This document shows positions 26,177 to 30,108 of a stretch of 30,108 nt of DNA, in pieces. The stretch covers positions 1-30,108 of IMG/VR virus record IMGVR_UViG_3300009095_000050; one strand, given 5' to 3'. Source of the stretch: a virus. Taxonomy: Duplodnaviria; Caudoviricetes. The notes beneath the pieces are model-generated. The model was not told where the DNA came from, did not search any database, and saw nothing but the letters and a program-made list of their open reading frames with translations. The translations under genes and the position numbers were made by a program. Position 1 is the stretch's first letter; every line of letters starts with the position of its first letter.

Positions 26177-26839
26177 TTAGAAAATGTTTTTGGTTGTTAA
26201 AATTTGATTAAGTTGTTTGAGTGGTAGCTTGACCGGCTCATTATTCTCGGAACTGGCTGTTGCCGGGTTCTTGAGTTCTTTGATTTTAGCAATGATCTCC
26301 TCGATCAATTTGCCTTTTTTGTTGCTGACGTCATACTTACGAAGGTACTCCTCCATCTGCGCGATGTCATCGAATCCCTTAATGTCAAGTAATGGAGTTT
26401 CAGGATTCATTGCGAGTCCAACGGTTGAATACTCGTACATTTTCAGCTCAAGTATTTCTTCCCCGCGATCTTTTGCTTTTCCTTTAATTGTCTCGTAACC
26501 AAAGGAATGCGTCAGAGTCTTACCGTGGGCATTGAAGAACTTGTAATCGGCGAACAGGTCACGGGCAATCTGCTTATCAAGGTTTAGCGCAGACTCGACA
26601 ACAGCGTGCTGATCAGTTTCGTACATCTTGACCGGTAGCCCAACGTTAAACGCCTGTTTCATCAGGTGATCGATGTAGTGTTTAATCCGGTCACCGCCCT
26701 CTTTGAAGGTCTTTACAAATGCGCCCTTTCGTACTATGTCGCCGCCGAGATCCTCGTTATCAAATCGGGAAATAGCGATGGTGACAATGCCCTTTTCGAC
26801 AACGTCAACAACCTCTGATTTGTAGTCCTTGAATTTCAT
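26177..26839 (-). CDS. HK97-family prohead maturation protease
   Basis: DLGGDIVRKGAF.KT, DH (catalytic His), HSFGY (catalytic Ser) and LKMYEYSTV..AMNPET. Confidence 0.9.
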   Translation of the reverse strand: MKFKDYKSEVVDVVEKGIVTIAISRFDNEDLGGDIVRKGAFVKTFKEGGDRIKHYIDHLMKQAFNVGLPVKMYETDQHAVVESALNLDKQIARDLFADYKFFNAHGKTLTHSFGYETIKGKAKDRGEEILELKMYEYSTVGLAMNPETPLLDIKGFDDIAQMEEYLRKYDVSNKKGKLIEEIIAKIKELKNPATASSENNEPVKLPLKQLNQILTTKNIF

Positions 26840-26937
26840 TTCTTCTTAATTTTGTCGTTCACCTGGTCCTGGTAACTCTTGCTCACCTTCGTTTTGACCT
26901 TCTTCGCCGGTTTGGTTTTCTTCCTCTTGTCTTCCAT
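26836..26937 (-). CDS. 33-aa lysine-rich ORF overprinted on the portal 3' end (not in ORF track)
   Basis: MEDKRKKTKPAKKVKTKVSKSYQDQVNDKIKKK*. AAGGAGG lies 6 nt upstream; its TGA overlaps the protease ATG. Confidence 0.45.
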   Translation of the reverse strand: MEDKRKKTKPAKKVKTKVSKSYQDQVNDKIKKK

Positions 26938-28219
26938 TTGAAACCTCCTTGTATTTGTCGAATTCGGGATCATCAACCGGGGGCCTCCCCAATTCTTCCA
27001 GCCATTGATTTTTAGTCATAAGCCCCGCATCATACTCCATCTGGCAGTAATCATTAACCGCCTTTCTGGCTTCCGCTTTGGTTTTCAGGTCTTCCTGCAG
27101 TACGGGAACCTCTGAATAATCACACGCTATCTCAATGGTTGATTCATCACCAAAGAGAATCCGTGAAAACTGCTCCATCCGGGAATCAGCCTCCGGAATA
27201 ATTACGTTCGTGTAAAGGTCTTTACGGGCCTGGAATTTGTTGTCAAATGTAACATCCTTGCCCCTGGCGATCAGCTCTACCGGCCAATAATACGCATCGC
27301 AAAGGCGCTCAATGTCGGCTGTTTCTTCCTCGAAAAGCATCAAATCTTTCGTCGGGAATCCCATTTGCTGCCATTTCAGCGTCGCGTCGGTGATAATGAT
27401 CTGATATGGTTGTCCGAGTAGTCCGTACTTAGCAAAATCGCGCTGCAGATCTTCCTTCTGACCTGGTAGCATGGCAACCGTGCCTGTAGCGTCCTGGCTT
27501 TCGTTGGATAGTATACCTATAGCCCCGCGCTTGGTGATCAGTGTATTCCGGCTTTTATAGGTCGCTATCAGGTTTGATATGACGTAGTCCATCCCGACAA
27601 GGCGAGAATCCGGAATCGTCAGGTTCGTATCATCCTCTGTACCGATGCCGTCATCCAGGATAAACCGAACGTTATTTAAATTGAGTTTGATGCGATCACC
27701 ATCCCAATTCATCCAGTATTCCTTGTAAATACCTTCGATTGACGCTTGGAGGAGCCACTTACGGGTATATTCAATATCAAACAGCCACGGCGGAATGTTC
27801 CATATGCTGGAGTACGAGCCCGTTCCCTCAAACCCCGATGGCTCGACAAATAGTACCGGGCAATACCCGTAGATGTCAACGTAGTGGTTTTGCTGAGCAA
27901 AGAACTGCTTTTCGTTTTGCAGTATGTTGGGCCGGCTGATCAGCTTTTTGATTTCATTATTCCCCCGGACCGGCTGTTTGGATTCAATGTAACGGATAAC
28001 TCTTTTGCCGGTATTGAAAGTCTTTGCGCGTTTTGAAACGATAGCTTTTAGCGGCGGGCACTGGTTGAACGCATCGCGAAAATCACGCTCACACTTCAAT
28101 GGCAGGAACCAGTCAGACCCACCAACGGCAGAAATAAACGGTTTCCCGGCTGCCCTGGCGTATTCATCCACAAAGTAGTTTTTACCGGCAATATTTACCC
28201 ATCCGCCACGGTCGATCAT
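26846..28219 (-). CDS. Portal protein (HK97-like)
   Basis: LISRPNILQN, GAIGILS, LKWQQMG..TKDLMLFE, LCDAY..PVELI and TFDNK motifs; located between terminase and protease. Confidence 0.9.
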   Translation of the reverse strand: MIDRGGWVNIAGKNYFVDEYARAAGKPFISAVGGSDWFLPLKCERDFRDAFNQCPPLKAIVSKRAKTFNTGKRVIRYIESKQPVRGNNEIKKLISRPNILQNEKQFFAQQNHYVDIYGYCPVLFVEPSGFEGTGSYSSIWNIPPWLFDIEYTRKWLLQASIEGIYKEYWMNWDGDRIKLNLNNVRFILDDGIGTEDDTNLTIPDSRLVGMDYVISNLIATYKSRNTLITKRGAIGILSNESQDATGTVAMLPGQKEDLQRDFAKYGLLGQPYQIIITDATLKWQQMGFPTKDLMLFEEETADIERLCDAYYWPVELIARGKDVTFDNKFQARKDLYTNVIIPEADSRMEQFSRILFGDESTIEIACDYSEVPVLQEDLKTKAEARKAVNDYCQMEYDAGLMTKNQWLEELGRPPVDDPEFDKYKEVSNGRQEEENQTGEEGQNEGEQELPGPGERQN

Positions 28220-28464
28220 TTCACAGGGGGTTTGTCGTTCATTAAGCGAGTAGAAATATCAACCCATTGACCTTTTGTAAAAGTCACCGTTTCCCCCTCA
28301 AGAATGGCAGTATAGGGCGTAATTTGATAGAATTGCAGGACTTCGTAGGTCTCGAGCCAAACGATTTGGCCGTTAATATTGGTAGGCAAAAAAGCAAACA
28401 CCCGCTTTAGTCGAGTGCTTCCGTGCTGGTAATCTACGTGAGTATACTTGCTGCTCCAGCGCAT
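28216..28464 (-). CDS. Hypothetical protein
   Basis: 82 aa; RVFAFLPT.I....VWLE.Y pattern; ATGA-coupled to the portal gene. Confidence 0.6.
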   Translation of the reverse strand: MRWSSKYTHVDYQHGSTRLKRVFAFLPTNINGQIVWLETYEVLQFYQITPYTAILEGETVTFTKGQWVDISTRLMNDKPPVK

Positions 28465-28553
28465 TACCTCATATCGGGGTTATAGAATTCGTCTATTTTC
28501 TGTAAAATAGGACAGTTTGAACCTATTAAGCAAACAAGTTGTAGAAAAATATT

Positions 28554-30092
28554 TTACCCCTCCGTGCCACCTTTGAGGTTTAAAGCGAAAATGTGAGGAA
28601 AATTACGCTCGTAATACACCGCCGCCATTTCGCAAAGATCTGGCGCATCATCATGTTTGTTTGACTTCCCCGGCTCCTGGATTTTCATATACGAAGTCAG
28701 GTTCCGCATGAATTTCGCGTATTGAGGGTATTTATCCCAGTCCTTCCGGAATACGAAATTATTGCGAATGAATGATGACCTGTTCAATATCCTGGTGTGC
28801 TTCTTTGTCCTGGGGCGTAAGTTCCTGAACTCGTTTTTGAATCCTTTTTCCCATAACGCCGTCCTAACCCGCTTGGCTGTTTCCTCCCATCCAAACACCG
28901 CCTCCACCCCTACGGATTTGGCCTTATGTGTCATTACCATGTTTTCCAGCGCAGATTCGTTATGATCGGTCCCCTCGGTGTTGTAGATTACATCTGTAAC
29001 ATAGATTTTGTCTCCTATCAGCTTGAACACACCCGCCGCGAAATCGTCTCCACCTTCACCCGCAGGGTCTGCGCACACGTAGCAAAAGTCAGGGTCAAGT
29101 AAGGCATCCTCGTTTTGTTCCGTGTCGTAAAACTGTAGGTCCTGGATAGGGAATAGCAGCCCTGCCTTTGGTTTAGGGTTCTGCATATGTTGACGCTGGA
29201 ACACAACATCATTATGCTTCTGTAGCGCCAGTAGTTCTTCGATTGTGTGTTTCTGTGGGCAAAGTGCTGTCCCGTCCTCTTTGATCGACGGTAGGGATAA
29301 CACGTGCCAGATGCCACCATCCTCCACGCGCCCTTGTTTTCTGATCAAGTATCCGCTCAAATCGTCCTCGTGTGTACGCTGCTGGATAATGATGATGGGC
29401 GTTTTACGCGAGTTTACCCGGTTGCTGATTGTACTGTCATATCGTTCGTTCACGCGCTGGCGCATCGTTTCGGAATCAGCATCGTCTGGTTTATTCGGGT
29501 CATCAATAATGATTGCCCCGCCGAATTCGCCCTTTTTGCCCAGCCAGTGGTTTGGTATTGCGCTATCCAGGGCAACGACCTCGGAGCCCAATTCTTCTTC
29601 TTCCGGATCCACAGTCCCGGCACCAAACCCCGTAATTTGGCCGCCAGTAGAAGTAGCATATACTCCTCCCCCGGCGGTAGTGTACCATTTCTTTTTACTA
29701 TCAGATGTTTTCTTTATTTGGACAGACGGAAATAATTCCTGATATTCTGCAGACTGCACCCAATCCCTGGCCATTTCGGAGTTATCCAGGGCAAGATCAT
29801 CCGAATAGGACAGATGTATGAACTTTGACGCAGGATTCAGCGCCAGACCGTGGGATATGAAGGACTTTACGGCGATTTCCGTTTTGCCGTATCGTGGAGC
29901 GATGTTTATAATAAGCCTGGTGATTTCACCGGACAGAACCTTTTCCAAGTATTGCCCTATGACAAGTAGGTGCTCCCACTGTGCCCACTTTCGCTTGTAT
30001 TGTGCTTTGAAGAAATACCGAGTATGAAAAATCAGATCAGACTTGCAAAGTACGTGAGCAACCTTGTTTATTTTGACCTGTTCGGCAGTCAT
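28554..30092 (-). CDS. terL: Terminase large subunit
   Basis: Walker A INIAPRYGKTE, Walker B AIIIDDP, IIIIQQRTHEDD coupling motif, RNase H-like nuclease ADPA...DD and HDDAPD. Confidence 0.95.
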   Translation of the reverse strand: MTAEQVKINKVAHVLCKSDLIFHTRYFFKAQYKRKWAQWEHLLVIGQYLEKVLSGEITRLIINIAPRYGKTEIAVKSFISHGLALNPASKFIHLSYSDDLALDNSEMARDWVQSAEYQELFPSVQIKKTSDSKKKWYTTAGGGVYATSTGGQITGFGAGTVDPEEEELGSEVVALDSAIPNHWLGKKGEFGGAIIIDDPNKPDDADSETMRQRVNERYDSTISNRVNSRKTPIIIIQQRTHEDDLSGYLIRKQGRVEDGGIWHVLSLPSIKEDGTALCPQKHTIEELLALQKHNDVVFQRQHMQNPKPKAGLLFPIQDLQFYDTEQNEDALLDPDFCYVCADPAGEGGDDFAAGVFKLIGDKIYVTDVIYNTEGTDHNESALENMVMTHKAKSVGVEAVFGWEETAKRVRTALWEKGFKNEFRNLRPRTKKHTRILNRSSFIRNNFVFRKDWDKYPQYAKFMRNLTSYMKIQEPGKSNKHDDAPDLCEMAAVYYERNFPHIFALNLKGGTEG

Positions 30093-30108
30093 TCAGAATA
30101 ATATTTGG

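Larger units (their letters stand above)
1..30108. mobile_element. Tailed phage/prophage segment (siphovirus-like, probable Bacteroidota host)
   Basis: Contiguous head-tail-lysis operon converging on early genes; no host housekeeping genes; no integrase or att site in the window. Confidence 0.9.

Noticed and set aside
6742-30027. Numerous plus-strand ORFs antisense to the late operon (e.g. 7103-7426, 11282-11680, 19755-20243, 29245-29742)
   Set aside because: They lie within strongly supported minus-strand genes and show shadow-frame composition with no recognisable motifs.
1-30108. Alternative genetic code, introns/inteins, DGR, integrase/att, tRNA genes
   Set aside because: Core genes are intact and of normal length in the standard code. 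By eye I saw no reverse transcriptase, TR/VR pair, recombinase or tRNA cloverleaf, though a tRNAscan/Infernal run was not possible.

Overview
This window is part of a tailed dsDNA phage or prophage with siphovirus-like morphogenesis genes. The host is very likely Bacteroidota, judged from the BACON domains, DUF5675-like lysin, TAnnTTTG-type promoter motif and mostly SD-less starts. The minus strand (30092 to 5972) carries a late operon: terminase large subunit, portal, HK97-type prohead protease, major capsid, head-tail and tail genes, a 1090-aa tape measure, baseplate proteins, an FN3/LamG/SGNH-esterase receptor-binding protein, a pair of alpha/beta-hydrolases and an extended lysis/membrane cassette. 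The plus strand (1-5941) carries small early/middle genes that run into a translationally coupled type IV-B-like CRISPR-Cas effector operon (csf1/cas8, cas11, csf2/cas7, csf3/cas5). No CRISPR array, cas6, cas1/2, dinG or cysH is visible in the window. Two non-Cas genes are inserted inside the operon: a tandem Myb/SANT-like HTH protein and a small SAM-dependent methyltransferase-like protein. This phage-borne, array-less Cas module with an embedded methyltransferase is the most notable feature. All family assignments come from motif recognition by eye; no database search was run.
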